Assembly: GCA_036381035.1 (NCBI GenBank)
Contig: DASVDQ010000024.1
Coordinates: 97,742 to 161,741 of the forward strand
Direction of reading: 5' to 3'
Source: Trueperaceae bacterium
Lineage (GTDB): Bacteria > Deinococcota > Deinococci > Deinococcales > Trueperaceae
DNA length: 64,000 bases
Position numbers and translations under genes: made by a program. Positions 29,106 through 38,771 of this stretch are shown one piece after another; the first letter of the stretch is position 1, and each line of letters starts with the position of its first letter. The notes below the pieces were generated by a model. It saw nothing but the letters and a program-made list of their open reading frames with translations. It made no database searches and was not told where the DNA came from.

Positions 29106-30002
29106 GTGACCCCGAAGCGTCTCAGCCTCGTCGCCCTGGCGGCGGTCGCCGCCCTGGTCCTGTCGTCGTGCGCCCCGGGCGCGCGCATGCTCTCGGCCCC
29201 CACGTTCGCGCTCGACGCGCGCGGCTCCGGCTTCGTGCGCATCGACCCGCCAGGCGTGGGCGACGGCTCCGCCCTCTTCCGCCTCTCCCTCGTCGCCCAG
29301 AACCCGAACCCCTTCGCGCTGCGCCTCTCCGCGCTCGAGGGCGACCTGTTCCTCCAGGACGTGCGCGCCGCCGCCGTCAGCTTCCGCGGCGGGCTCGAGC
29401 TGCCGGCCAGCGGCTCCTCGCGCGTCGTCGTCGACGTGCGCGTGCCGCTCGCGGCCGCGCCGGCCCTGCTCGAGTCGCTGGCGAACGTTCTGGGCGGGGG
29501 GAGGGCGCGCTACCGCGTCGACGCCTCCGTGGCCGTGGAGGTGCTCGGCACCACGCAGCGCTTCCCGCGCTTCACGCTCGTCGAGGGCTCCCTCGAGACC
29601 GGCCTCGCCCTCGTGGCGCCGAGCGTCGCCCTCGGCTCCGCCAGCCTGCGCGTCGAGGGCCTGAACCGCGTCGCCGTCGACATGGAGCTGAACGTCACGA
29701 ACCCCGGCCCGATCGGCTACCTGCTCTCCTCGCCACAGCTCGTGCTGCAGGTCGGCGGGCAGGACGCCGCCGTCGCCCGCCTCGAGCCGGTGCCCGTGCC
29801 GGCGAACGGCAGCGCCGTCGCCACGCTGTCCTTCGCGTTCGACCCGTTCCGCCTCGGCTCGGCGCTGGCCGATCAGGTGCGCGCCGCCGCCGCCGGAGGC
29901 GGCCTGGCCGTCACGCTGCGGGGCGGCTGGGGCCTCGACGCCGCTGGCATCGCCACGCTCGACCTCAGCCCGACCCGCCTCCTCGAGGCCGTCGTGCGCT
30001 AG
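29106..30002 (+). CDS. Lipoprotein with two LEA_2 (WHy-like) domains
   Basis: GTG 29106 lies 5 nt after GGAGG; GTG 29100 is also possible. The lipobox is LVLSSC. There are two repeats of the LEA_2 pattern (LVAQNPNPFALRLSALEGDLFL..., LNVTNPGPIGYLLSSPQLVLQV...). Confidence 0.7.
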   Translation: MTPKRLSLVALAAVAALVLSSCAPGARMLSAPTFALDARGSGFVRIDPPGVGDGSALFRLSLVAQNPNPFALRLSALEGDLFLQDVRAAAVSFRGGLELPASGSSRVVVDVRVPLAAAPALLESLANVLGGGRARYRVDASVAVEVLGTTQRFPRFTLVEGSLETGLALVAPSVALGSASLRVEGLNRVAVDMELNVTNPGPIGYLLSSPQLVLQVGGQDAAVARLEPVPVPANGSAVATLSFAFDPFRLGSALADQVRAAAAGGGLAVTLRGGWGLDAAGIATLDLSPTRLLEAVVR

Positions 30003-32205
30003 GGGCGCCGCGCCGCCCCGGCAACCACCAGTTCCAGCGGCCGGCGAGCAGCATCAGCGAGGGCACGAGGGCGAGACGCACCAGCGTGGCGTCGAGGACG
30101 ATGGCCACGGTGAGCCCGAGGCCGAGCGCCTTGATCAGCTCGACGTGGCTGAACATCAGGATCGCGAACACCGTGACCATGACGGCCGCGGCGCTGGTGA
30201 TCACGCCGCCCGTCGCCGCCACGGCGTGCACCACGGCGTCGCGGTCCGACAGGCCGCGCTCGTGGCCCTCGCGTATGCGCGACACCAGGAACACCTCGTA
30301 GTCCATCGACAGGCCGAACACCATCGCGAAGACGAAGAGCGGGGCCGACGTGTCGACGAAGCCCAGCGTGGCGTCGCCGACGAGGCCCGCCAGGGCGCCG
30401 TCCTGGAAGGTCAGCACCAGCACGCCGAAGGCGGCGGCCACCGTCAGCGCGTTGAGCAGCACGGCCTTCAGGGGGATCAGCAGCGAGCGGAACGCCCGGC
30501 CCAGCAGCAGGGTCGTGGCCAGCCCCACCACGGCCAGGGCCAGCGGGAAGCGCCCGTAGACGGCCCGCGCCGACTCGAGGTGCTCGACGTACCGGCCGCC
30601 CACCAGGCCCGTGAGGCCGGTCGACGCCAGGGACGCCCGCAGGCGCTCCAGCAGCTCGGCGCCCGCCGCCGGCGTCAGGGCGGCGTCCGGCAGCACCCTG
30701 AGCAGGGCGTAGCGTCCCGTCTCGCTCACCGTGGCCTCCACCAGCGGGGCGACCTCGCTGCGCCGCGCGGTCTCGGCCGAGGCGTAGAACTGGTAGAGGA
30801 GCAGCCGCGGCACGCTGCGCAGGGCGAACGGCGAGACGACGGTCTTGACCCCGGGCAGGCCCGTGAGCGCGCGGTCGAGCAGCGACACCGACCGCACGCC
30901 AGCGGGAGAGAAGAAGCCGGCGTCGCCCAGGTCGACGACGACGTCGAAGGGCGCCAGCAGCCCGGCCAGGCCCTCGTCGGCGAGCGCCTCGACCACCCGG
31001 CGCGCCTCGGTCTCGGGCGACATGCCGCGCGCGCCCGGCTCGCCCACCTGCAGCCGCAGCGCCGGCAGGGCCAGGGCGACGAGCACGACCACCCCGGCCA
31101 CCGCCCACAGGGCGGGGCGCCCGAGGATCCTGTCGGCCTGGCGGCGCCAGAAGCGGCGGCTGCGGGTGCCCGGCCGCCGGCGCGACACGCGCAGCCTGTC
31201 GACGTTCTCCCCCAGGAGGGCCAGCGTCGCCGGCACGGCCGTGATCGCCACCAGCACGGCGACCACGAGCACCACGGTCGTCGCCACGCCTATCGAGCGG
31301 ATGAACCCCACCGGCGGCACCAGCAGCGAGAGCAGCGCCAGGACGACGGTGAGGCCGCTGAAGGCCACGGCCTTGCCCGCCTCCCTCGTCGTGCGCTCGG
31401 CGGCGTCGCGCGCCCCCAGGCCGGCGGCCAGCTCCTCGCGGAAGCGGGTCACCATCAGGAGCGCGTAGTCGATGCCCGTGGCGAGGCCGAGCATCGTGAC
31501 CACGGTGCGCGTGAAGACCGCGAACTCCAGCGCCTGGCCGACCGCGAACAGCAGGGCGGAGGAGACGACGACGGTCGTCACCGCGGAGACCAGCGGCAGC
31601 CCGGCCGCCACGACCGCGCCGAACGCCAGCAGCAGGATCGCCAGCGACAGCGGGAGGCCGTAGAGCTCGGCGCGCCTGGCGTCGCGCTGGCTCACCTCCT
31701 CGACCTCCATGAGCGTGGCCACGCCGCCGGCGAGCTCGAAGGTCGCCGCCGGCGCGTCCGCGAACGCCCGCCGCACCGCGTCCACGGTCGCGCGGGCGTC
31801 GTCCTGCGACTGGGGCTCGAGGCCGACGACGAAGAGGGCCCGCCCGGCGGCGTCGCCGCCCGCGCCCAGGCCCGCGGCGCCGCTCCCGTCCCGCACGTAG
31901 GCGACGCCGGGGAGCGCGGCCACCGCCTCCGCGGTCCGCCCCGCCGCCTCGCGGAACGCGGCCCCGCCCGCGCCAGCGGCCGGCGTGGCGACGGCGACGA
32001 GCACCTCGCCCTGAGGGAGAGCGAACTCGCTGCCGAGGAGGTCGGCGACGCGGCGGGCGACGCCCGTCGCCGGCGGCTCCGGCTCGGCCGTCAGCACCTC
32101 GCCCACGCGCGCCGCGAAAGGCGCCGCGGCCAGGGCGAGCAGCAGCCAGGCGGCCAGGACGCGGCGCGGGTGGCGCGCTACGGTGCGGGCCAGGGGCGCG
32201 AACAC
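29965..32205 (-). CDS. MMPL/RND-superfamily membrane transporter
   Basis: 746 aa with two blocks of TM helices separated by soluble loops. The motifs GIDYALLMVTRFREE and GLSMDYEVFLVSRIRE are typical of MMPL-family proteins. GTG start 9 nt after the ABC ATPase stop. Confidence 0.85.
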   Translation of the reverse strand: MFAPLARTVARHPRRVLAAWLLLALAAAPFAARVGEVLTAEPEPPATGVARRVADLLGSEFALPQGEVLVAVATPAAGAGGAAFREAAGRTAEAVAALPGVAYVRDGSGAAGLGAGGDAAGRALFVVGLEPQSQDDARATVDAVRRAFADAPAATFELAGGVATLMEVEEVSQRDARRAELYGLPLSLAILLLAFGAVVAAGLPLVSAVTTVVVSSALLFAVGQALEFAVFTRTVVTMLGLATGIDYALLMVTRFREELAAGLGARDAAERTTREAGKAVAFSGLTVVLALLSLLVPPVGFIRSIGVATTVVLVVAVLVAITAVPATLALLGENVDRLRVSRRRPGTRSRRFWRRQADRILGRPALWAVAGVVVLVALALPALRLQVGEPGARGMSPETEARRVVEALADEGLAGLLAPFDVVVDLGDAGFFSPAGVRSVSLLDRALTGLPGVKTVVSPFALRSVPRLLLYQFYASAETARRSEVAPLVEATVSETGRYALLRVLPDAALTPAAGAELLERLRASLASTGLTGLVGGRYVEHLESARAVYGRFPLALAVVGLATTLLLGRAFRSLLIPLKAVLLNALTVAAAFGVLVLTFQDGALAGLVGDATLGFVDTSAPLFVFAMVFGLSMDYEVFLVSRIREGHERGLSDRDAVVHAVAATGGVITSAAAVMVTVFAILMFSHVELIKALGLGLTVAIVLDATLVRLALVPSLMLLAGRWNWWLPGRRGAPSARRPRGGGSG

Positions 32206-32214
32206 CGTCGGCGG

Positions 32215-32976
32215 TCAGACGCTGAGGAAGCGCTCGATGTCGGCCTTGACCTGCGGTCCCGCCGTCTCGCCGGCCACGCGCCCGTCGCGCAGGAACACCA
32301 CGCGGTCCGCGGCCTGCGCCGCGACGGGGTCGTGCGTGACCATGACGACGGTCCAGCCGTGGGAGTCGACCCCGTCGCGCAGCAGGGAGAGCACCTCGGC
32401 GCCGGTCCTGCTGTCGAGGTTGCCCGTCGGCTCGTCGGCGAGGACGACGGCGGGGTCGTTGATCAGCGCCCGCGCCAGGGCCACCCGCTGCCGCTGGCCG
32501 CCCGAGAGCTGGCGCGGACGGTGCTCGAGCCGGTCGGCGATCCCCAGGCGCGCCGCCAGCTCCTCGAGCCTGGCGGCGGCCTCCTCGCTCCTGCCGGCCA
32601 CCTCGGCCGGCAGGAGGACGTTCTCCCTGGCCGTGAGGTTGGGGATCAGCTCGAAGGACTGGAAGAGGAACCCGAGCCTGTCGCGGCGGAGCGCCGTCAG
32701 CTCGTCGTCCGACATGCCGGCGGTGGACCTCCCCTCGATGGCCACGCTGCCCGAGTCGGGCGCGTCGAGCAGGCCGATGAGGTGGAGCAGCGTCGACTTG
32801 CCGCTCCCGCTCGGGCCCATCACGGCGACGAACTGGCCGCGCGGGACGAGCAGCGTCACGCCCTGCAGCGCCGCGATGCGCTCGTCGCCGAGGGCGTAGG
32901 TCTTGTGGAGGTCGGTGGCGGCGAGGGCGAAGCGCCCGGCGGGCTGCGGGCCGGGCGAGGCGGGCGTGTCAGGCAT
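32215..32976 (-). CDS. ABC transporter ATP-binding protein, MacB/LolD-like
   Basis: Motifs: Walker A GPSGSGKST, FQSFELIPNLTARENV, signature LSGGQRQRVALARAL and Walker B VVLADEPTGNLD. Confidence 0.9.
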   Translation of the reverse strand: MPDTPASPGPQPAGRFALAATDLHKTYALGDERIAALQGVTLLVPRGQFVAVMGPSGSGKSTLLHLIGLLDAPDSGSVAIEGRSTAGMSDDELTALRRDRLGFLFQSFELIPNLTARENVLLPAEVAGRSEEAAARLEELAARLGIADRLEHRPRQLSGGQRQRVALARALINDPAVVLADEPTGNLDSRTGAEVLSLLRDGVDSHGWTVVMVTHDPVAAQAADRVVFLRDGRVAGETAGPQVKADIERFLSV

Positions 32977-35536
32977 GTTGGCTCCAGTTCGCCAGCGCCC
33001 TGGCGGGCGCGAGCTGTCCGGCGCGCCGCGCCGGCAGCAGGGAGGCTACCAGCCCCACCAGCGGCGAGGCCAGCAGCGCCAGCAGCGCCAGGGACGCGGG
33101 GAACACGGGCTCGAGTCGGAAGCCCGTCACGGCGCCGGCGCCGGTGGTGACGACGCGGGCCAGCAGCAGCCCGAAGGCCGCGCCGACGGCGCCGCCTATC
33201 GCGGTGATGACGATGCCCTCGGCGACGACGAGCCGCCTGAGCCCGGCCCTCGTGAGGCCGATCGTGCGCAGCACGGCGATCTCGTGGCCGCGGCTGACCA
33301 GGTTCATGCCCAGGGTGTTCGCGACGCCGAGCACGGCCACGATCAGGGCGATCACCAGCAGGACGCGCGTCGTCGCGAACGCCTGGTCGGTGATGCGCAG
33401 GACGTTGCGGCGGTAGTCGACGTTGAGCGTCGCGTCGAGGTAGAGGTCGGGGAACTCCTCGAGCAGGCGCTCGCGCACCGCCGCGGGGTCTTCGCCGGGG
33501 TCGACGGTGAGGATGAAGAGGTCGGGCGTGCCGCCCCCGAAGTCGGGCAGCCGCTCGATGCTCGCCAGCACCGACTCGCCGCCGCCCGTGAAGTCGACGA
33601 TCACGCCGGCGACAGGGAACTCCTCGAACCCGCGGGAGGTGCGCAGGGCGATGGTGTCGCCGACGTCGAAGCCGTGGCGGTCGAGCATCGTGTTCGAGAC
33701 GAGGACGGCGTCGCCGCGCTCCAGGGCCGCGTGCCCGCTCACCGGGTCGCCGTGGCCGGGGATGTACTGCAGGCTGCCGAAGCCCGACTCGGGGTCGAAG
33801 CGCTCGGGGTCGGCCAGGACCACCGCGATCGACCGGCCCCGCGGCTGCTCCTCGCTCCTGAACCGCACGAGGCGTATGCCGACGCCGCTGGCGACGTCGA
33901 CGCCGGGCACGGCCTCGGCCCGGGCGGCGAAGTCCGCCGGGAAGCTCACCGGCGTCGTGACGTAGAGGTCGCCGACGACGGTCGTGTCCATCCACGAGGC
34001 GATGGCGTCGTTGATGCTCGCGACCATCGAGCCCACGCCGATCACGAGGCCGGTCCCCACGACCACGGTGCCGATGGCCACGCCGTTGCGCGGCGCGTTG
34101 CGCTCGGCGAAGCTCACGGCCAGGCGGCCGGGCGCGCCGAAGAGGCGCAGCAGGGCGGGCCTCAGCAGGCGCAGCACCGGCCCGAGCAGGCCCGGGGCGG
34201 CCAGGGAGACGCCGGCGAAGAACAGGGCCAGCGCCACGCACACGGCCACCAGGGCAGCGAACGGGGAGAAGGGCACGAGCGCCAGCCCGGCGCCCACGAG
34301 CATCAGCGCCGCGCCGAGCCAGACGAGGCGCCTGTCCGGCGCCGGCTCCGGGCGCTGCACCGCGGCCATGGGCGCGGTACGCGAGGCGCTCCAGGCCGGC
34401 AGCACGCCGGCCACCAGCGCGGCGAAGACGCCGAGCACGCTGGCCAGGAGCACGCTGCGCACCGGCACCACCAGCGTGCGGAACTCGAAGCCCAGCGTGG
34501 CGGCGTTCAGCGCGGTCACGACGTAGGAGAGCAGCAGGCCCAGCAGCACGCCGGCGACGATGCCGAGCGCCGCGAGCGCCAGGGCCTCGTAGAGCGCCAG
34601 CCGCATCACGGCCCGCCTCGTCAGGGCGATCGTGCGGAGCAGCGCGTGCTCGCGCGTGCGCTCGACGACCGAGGCCATGAACGTGTTGTAGGCGAGGAAG
34701 GCGCCGAGGGCGAGCAGGGTGGCCGCCAGCACCGACAGACCCGACTGCAGCGTCTCGGTGAAGCCGGCCGCGAAGTCGCCGGTGACGGCGGGGAGAGTGA
34801 CGGCGAGGTCGTCGCCCACCAGGGCCTGCAGGCCCTCCCTCACCTCGTCGACCTGCCCGGCCTCGGCCACGAGCACCTCGATCAGGGAGACGCGCCCCCG
34901 CAGGTTCACGAGCTCCTGGACGTCGCTGATGTGCATGACGCCGACGCGTCCGCCGTTCGTGCTGGCGGCGCCGACGCCGTCGTCGAGGAGGCCCGTGACC
35001 GTCAGCTCGGCGCGCCCGGCGGCGAACAGGAAGGGGACCACGTCCCCCACCTCGATGCCGCGCAGCGCGGCGAAGCCGTCGGCGACGGCGATGCCGTTCG
35101 TCCCGGCCCGCGGCAGGCTGCCGGCGGACAGCTCGACTGGCAGGTCCTCGGCGGCCTCGGTGACGCGTCCCTGCACCTGGAAGCCGCTGTCGACGCCGGG
35201 GATCGCCGACCGCTCGAACTCCTCCACGGCGCGCTCCGGCTCGGCGCGCGTGTTCAGCACGGGGTAGGCGGCCGCCACGCCGGGGTAGGAGGCGACCTCG
35301 CCGAGCACCGGCTCGGCGGGGAAGACGAGGCGTCCCGAGGCGCCCGGCGTGACCACGAGGTCGGCCTTGCCGGCCGCGGCCTGCAGGGTGCTGCGGAGGT
35401 TCGCCTCGACGTTGTCGCCCACCGACAGCGTCGTGAGGACGGCGGCGATCCCGAGGCCGATGCCGAGCACCGTGGCCAGGGAGCGCCAGGGGTGCCTGAG
35501 CAGGTTGCGCCAAGCGAGCCTCGACAGCGTGCTCAC
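32969..35536 (-). CDS. ABC transporter permease with two FtsX/MacB-type domains
   Basis: 855 aa. The N-terminus (LAWRNLLRHPWRSLATVLGIGLGIAAV) is followed by a large extracytoplasmic domain and an FtsX 4-TM bundle, and the same arrangement is repeated in the C-terminal half. TACACT lies 6 nt upstream of the GTG. Confidence 0.85.
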   Translation of the reverse strand: MSTLSRLAWRNLLRHPWRSLATVLGIGLGIAAVLTTLSVGDNVEANLRSTLQAAAGKADLVVTPGASGRLVFPAEPVLGEVASYPGVAAAYPVLNTRAEPERAVEEFERSAIPGVDSGFQVQGRVTEAAEDLPVELSAGSLPRAGTNGIAVADGFAALRGIEVGDVVPFLFAAGRAELTVTGLLDDGVGAASTNGGRVGVMHISDVQELVNLRGRVSLIEVLVAEAGQVDEVREGLQALVGDDLAVTLPAVTGDFAAGFTETLQSGLSVLAATLLALGAFLAYNTFMASVVERTREHALLRTIALTRRAVMRLALYEALALAALGIVAGVLLGLLLSYVVTALNAATLGFEFRTLVVPVRSVLLASVLGVFAALVAGVLPAWSASRTAPMAAVQRPEPAPDRRLVWLGAALMLVGAGLALVPFSPFAALVAVCVALALFFAGVSLAAPGLLGPVLRLLRPALLRLFGAPGRLAVSFAERNAPRNGVAIGTVVVGTGLVIGVGSMVASINDAIASWMDTTVVGDLYVTTPVSFPADFAARAEAVPGVDVASGVGIRLVRFRSEEQPRGRSIAVVLADPERFDPESGFGSLQYIPGHGDPVSGHAALERGDAVLVSNTMLDRHGFDVGDTIALRTSRGFEEFPVAGVIVDFTGGGESVLASIERLPDFGGGTPDLFILTVDPGEDPAAVRERLLEEFPDLYLDATLNVDYRRNVLRITDQAFATTRVLLVIALIVAVLGVANTLGMNLVSRGHEIAVLRTIGLTRAGLRRLVVAEGIVITAIGGAVGAAFGLLLARVVTTGAGAVTGFRLEPVFPASLALLALLASPLVGLVASLLPARRAGQLAPARALANWSQHA

Positions 35537-35706
35537 CGCGCCAGTGTACCGGCGCGCTGCACGCCGGGCGTCCCCGCTCTCGCGGAGACCTAACCGTGGC
35601 GTGTTACCTTCGCCTCGCGACGGGGCCGCAGCCAGCGGCCCGACAGGCTGCCGGCGAGGACGGCCCGGCCGGGCCCCGCCGCGCCAGGGAAGGCGAGCTG
35701 CCTGCG

Positions 35707-36945
35707 GTGAACATCCTCTTCGTAGCCGACGACCTCTACCCCGGCTTCGGCGGCCAGGCCAAGGCCACCGAGGGGCACATCGAGGCCCTGCTGGCGCGCG
35801 GCCACGCGGTGAGGGTGATCGCCGGCGCCGAGCCGCGGCCCAGCCGCCCGCCTCCCGGGGTGCTCGTCGAGAGGCTGCCGTCGTGGCGCCTGGGCGCCGC
35901 TCAGACGCGCTTCGCGCACCCGCTGGTGAGCCGCATCGCCCCGCACGTCAGGTGGGCCGACGTCGTCCACGCCAACACCCCGGCCGCCCTCACGGCCGTG
36001 GTGGCGCACCTCGCGCGCCGCCGCGGCGTGCCCGTGGTGATGGGCGTGCACGCGCAGCTCGAGACCTCCACGCTGCAGGCGCCGCTAGTGGGGCCGCTCG
36101 TGGAGAGGTTCCTCACCGGCTGGTACCGCTACCTCTTCGGCCTCGCCGACCTGCTCGTGACGCCCACCCCCTACGCCGCACGGCTCGTCACCCACTTCAC
36201 CGACAGGGAGCCGGTGCCGGTGTCCAACGGCATCGACCTCGGCGCCTGGGAGGGGCTGGCCCCGCGAGCCGCCGGCGACGGGACCCGCCGCCTGGCGTTC
36301 GTCGGCCGGCTGTCGCCCGAGAAGCGCCCCCTCGACCTGCTGCCCCTGATGCACGAGCTGCCCGCGAGCTACCGCCTCACCGTCGCGGGCCACGGTCCCC
36401 TGGAGCCGGAGATGCGCCAGGCCGTGGCGCGGCGGGGCCTCTCCTCCCGCGTCGACCTGCTCGGCTTCGTCGGGGAGCGGGAGAAGCTCGAGCTCCTGTG
36501 CGCGACCGAGGCGTTCCTGATGCCGTCTCCCGCCGAGCTGCAGAGCATAGCCACGCTCGAGGCCATGGCCTCCGGCGCCGCCGTGGTCGCCTGGGGCTAC
36601 GCCAGCAGCGCCGTGCCCTCGCTGGTGCAGGAGGCGGGCGGCGGCGTTGTCGTGCCGCCCGGCGACCCCCGCCGCCAGGCCGCGGCGATCGTCGCGCTCA
36701 TGGAGGACGAGCGCGCGCTGGCCGAGGCGCGGGCGAACGCCAGGGCCTACGCCCGCACGCACGACGTAGCGCTGAGCGCGGCGCGGCTCGAGGAGCTCTA
36801 CGGCGGCCTGGTCGCGGCGGCGCGGCGGCGCGGCGGCCACCGCGCGGCGGCGCGCGCCGCGGACGCCCGCCTCGCGCGGGCCGCCGGCGCCGAGGCCCGC
36901 GGCGCCAGGGGGCGCCTGCCGCAGGGCGAGGGCGCCAGGACGTGA
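35707..36945 (+). CDS. GT4-family glycosyltransferase
   Basis: VNILFVADDLYPGFGGQAKATEGHIEALLARGHAV is a typical GT4 N-terminus. The C-terminal E..G....EA...G motif is present (LMPSPAELQSIATLEAMASGAAVV). Track ORF 35596.. was trimmed to GTG 35707. Confidence 0.8.
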   Translation: MNILFVADDLYPGFGGQAKATEGHIEALLARGHAVRVIAGAEPRPSRPPPGVLVERLPSWRLGAAQTRFAHPLVSRIAPHVRWADVVHANTPAALTAVVAHLARRRGVPVVMGVHAQLETSTLQAPLVGPLVERFLTGWYRYLFGLADLLVTPTPYAARLVTHFTDREPVPVSNGIDLGAWEGLAPRAAGDGTRRLAFVGRLSPEKRPLDLLPLMHELPASYRLTVAGHGPLEPEMRQAVARRGLSSRVDLLGFVGEREKLELLCATEAFLMPSPAELQSIATLEAMASGAAVVAWGYASSAVPSLVQEAGGGVVVPPGDPRRQAAAIVALMEDERALAEARANARAYARTHDVALSAARLEELYGGLVAAARRRGGHRAAARAADARLARAAGAEARGARGRLPQGEGART

Positions 36946-38771
36946 TCGTCGCCGTCACCGGCGCCACCGGCGGGCTCGGCCGGGCGTTGGTGCGGCTCCT
37001 CACGTCCGCCGGGCACAGGGTGAGGGCGGCGGTGCGCACGCCCGCGCAGGCCGAGCTGGCCGCGGCGCTCGGCGCCGAGCCCGTGCAGGTCGACCTCACG
37101 AGGCCGGAGACGCTGCCCGGTCTGGTGGCCGGGGCAGCCGTCGTGCACCACCTCGCCGCCTGGATGGGCCGTCCGCCCGGCCTCGCGCGCGCCGTGAACG
37201 TCGACGGCACCCGCGCCGTGGCGCGGGCCGCCGCGGAGGCGGGCGCCCGCCGGCTCGTGCTGGCCAGCAGCATCGCCGTCTACGGGCCCGTCGCGGGGGG
37301 CGTCGTCACCGAGAGCACGCCCCTGCGCACCGTCGGCGACCCCTACGGCGACTCGAAGGTCGCCGGCGAGGCGGCGGCGAGGGAGGCCCTGGCGGGCAGC
37401 GGCACCGAGCTCGTGGTCCTCAGGCCGACGATGATCTACGGCCCCGCCTCGGGCTCGTGGACGCTGGCGCCCGTCGCCGCGCTGCGGCGGGGCCTGCCGG
37501 TGCTCCTCGGCGACGGCTCCGGCCTCCTCGACGTCGTCTACGTCGACGACGTGGCCGCGGCGTTCGCCGCGGCGGGCGAGGCGCCCGGCGCCGGCGGGCT
37601 GGCGCTGAACGTCGGCGGCGAGAGCGTGACGGCCAGGGAGTTCTTCGGGGCCTACGCGCGCATGCTCGGGGTGCCCCTGCGCGGCGTGCCGGCCTGGCTG
37701 GCGCGCGCCGGCGCGGCCGCAGCCGGCCGCGTCACGGCGCTGCTCCCCGGCGTCGACGCGTTCGCGCCGGAGACCATCGGCACGCTGCTGAGCCGCGCCA
37801 CGTTCGACCACGGCGCCGCCGCGCGCGTCCTCGGCTACCGCCCGCGGGTGGGGCTGCACGAGGGGATGAGCCGCACCGCCGCCTGGCTGCGCGAGGCGGG
37901 TCTGGCGCCGGGGCCGCGCTCGGCGCTCGTGGTGGGCGCCTCCTCCGGCCTGGGCCGCGCGGTCGCCGACGAGCTGGCCCGCCGCTACGTGCGCGTCTAC
38001 GCCGCCGACATGGCGCCGGCCTCGCCGGTGGCCCGCGACGCGGGTCCCGCCCCAGTGGACCACCTCGCCGTCGACGCCACCTCGCAGGAGGACCTCGCCC
38101 GCGCCGTCGGCGAGGTGGAGGCGCGCGAGGGCCACCTCGACCTGCTCGTGACGACGGTCGGGTCGCTGAGGCCCGGCTCGCTGGAGTCGCAGCCGTGGGA
38201 GGACGTCACGGCGCAGCTCGAGCTCAACGCGCTCGCGCCCGTCCTGGCGGCGCGGGCGGCCGCGCCCGGCATGAGGGCGCGCGGGCGGGGGCGCATCGTG
38301 AACGTCAGCTCGACGAACGCGCTCCTCGCCACGCCGTTCATGGGTGCGTACTCGGCGGGGAAGGCCGCGCTGGAGAGCTTCACCGACGCTCTGCGCCTGG
38401 AGCTGAGGCCGTTCGGCGTCGACGTCGTGCTGGTACAGCCCGGCGCGATGCGCACGGGCTTCGCCGAGCGGGCCAAGGAGCTGCTCGACGCCGAGGCGGG
38501 CCGGTCCGGGGAGCCGTGGGCGGCCTACCTCAGGCGGCTGAAGGACTCGGGGCTGTGGGGCGAGGCCCGCGCCGCGGACCCCGCCGAGGTGGCGCGCGTC
38601 GTCGCCCGCGTGGCCCTGTCCAGGCGCCCGCCCGCCCGCGTGGCCGGCACCAGGGAGGTGCCGCTGCTGCGCGCGTTCGCCGCGCTGCCCGACGCCCTCA
38701 AGGACGAGGTGTTCGTGAGACCGCTGGGTCTGCGCCGTCCCCGCGCACGGCGCGCCGGGCGGGGCGCCTGA
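36942..38771 (+). CDS. Fusion protein: NAD-dependent epimerase/3beta-HSD-type reductase (N) + classical short-chain dehydrogenase (C)
   Basis: GTGA overlap with GT4. The N-domain shows VIVAVTGATGGLGRAL...YGDSK. The C-domain, from about 37918, shows ALVVGASSGLGRAV...NVSSTNA...YSAGKAALE (TGxxxGxG, NxSS, YxxxK). Confidence 0.8.
   Translation: MIVAVTGATGGLGRALVRLLTSAGHRVRAAVRTPAQAELAAALGAEPVQVDLTRPETLPGLVAGAAVVHHLAAWMGRPPGLARAVNVDGTRAVARAAAEAGARRLVLASSIAVYGPVAGGVVTESTPLRTVGDPYGDSKVAGEAAAREALAGSGTELVVLRPTMIYGPASGSWTLAPVAALRRGLPVLLGDGSGLLDVVYVDDVAAAFAAAGEAPGAGGLALNVGGESVTAREFFGAYARMLGVPLRGVPAWLARAGAAAAGRVTALLPGVDAFAPETIGTLLSRATFDHGAAARVLGYRPRVGLHEGMSRTAAWLREAGLAPGPRSALVVGASSGLGRAVADELARRYVRVYAADMAPASPVARDAGPAPVDHLAVDATSQEDLARAVGEVEAREGHLDLLVTTVGSLRPGSLESQPWEDVTAQLELNALAPVLAARAAAPGMRARGRGRIVNVSSTNALLATPFMGAYSAGKAALESFTDALRLELRPFGVDVVLVQPGAMRTGFAERAKELLDAEAGRSGEPWAAYLRRLKDSGLWGEARAADPAEVARVVARVALSRRPPARVAGTREVPLLRAFAALPDALKDEVFVRPLGLRRPRARRAGRGA

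Noticed and set aside
30145-35593. The long ORFs 30145..33150(+), 32856..35513(-), 32903..35593(+) and 29999..31108(-).
   Set aside because: They are shadow frames of the MMPL, ABC ATPase and FtsX permease genes, with the same compositional signature and no motifs.
35596-35706. Using GTG 35596 as the GT4 start.
   Set aside because: It adds a 37-aa Arg/Pro/Ala-rich extension. GT4 enzymes normally begin directly with the hydrophobic beta-strand (here VNILFVADD at 35707).
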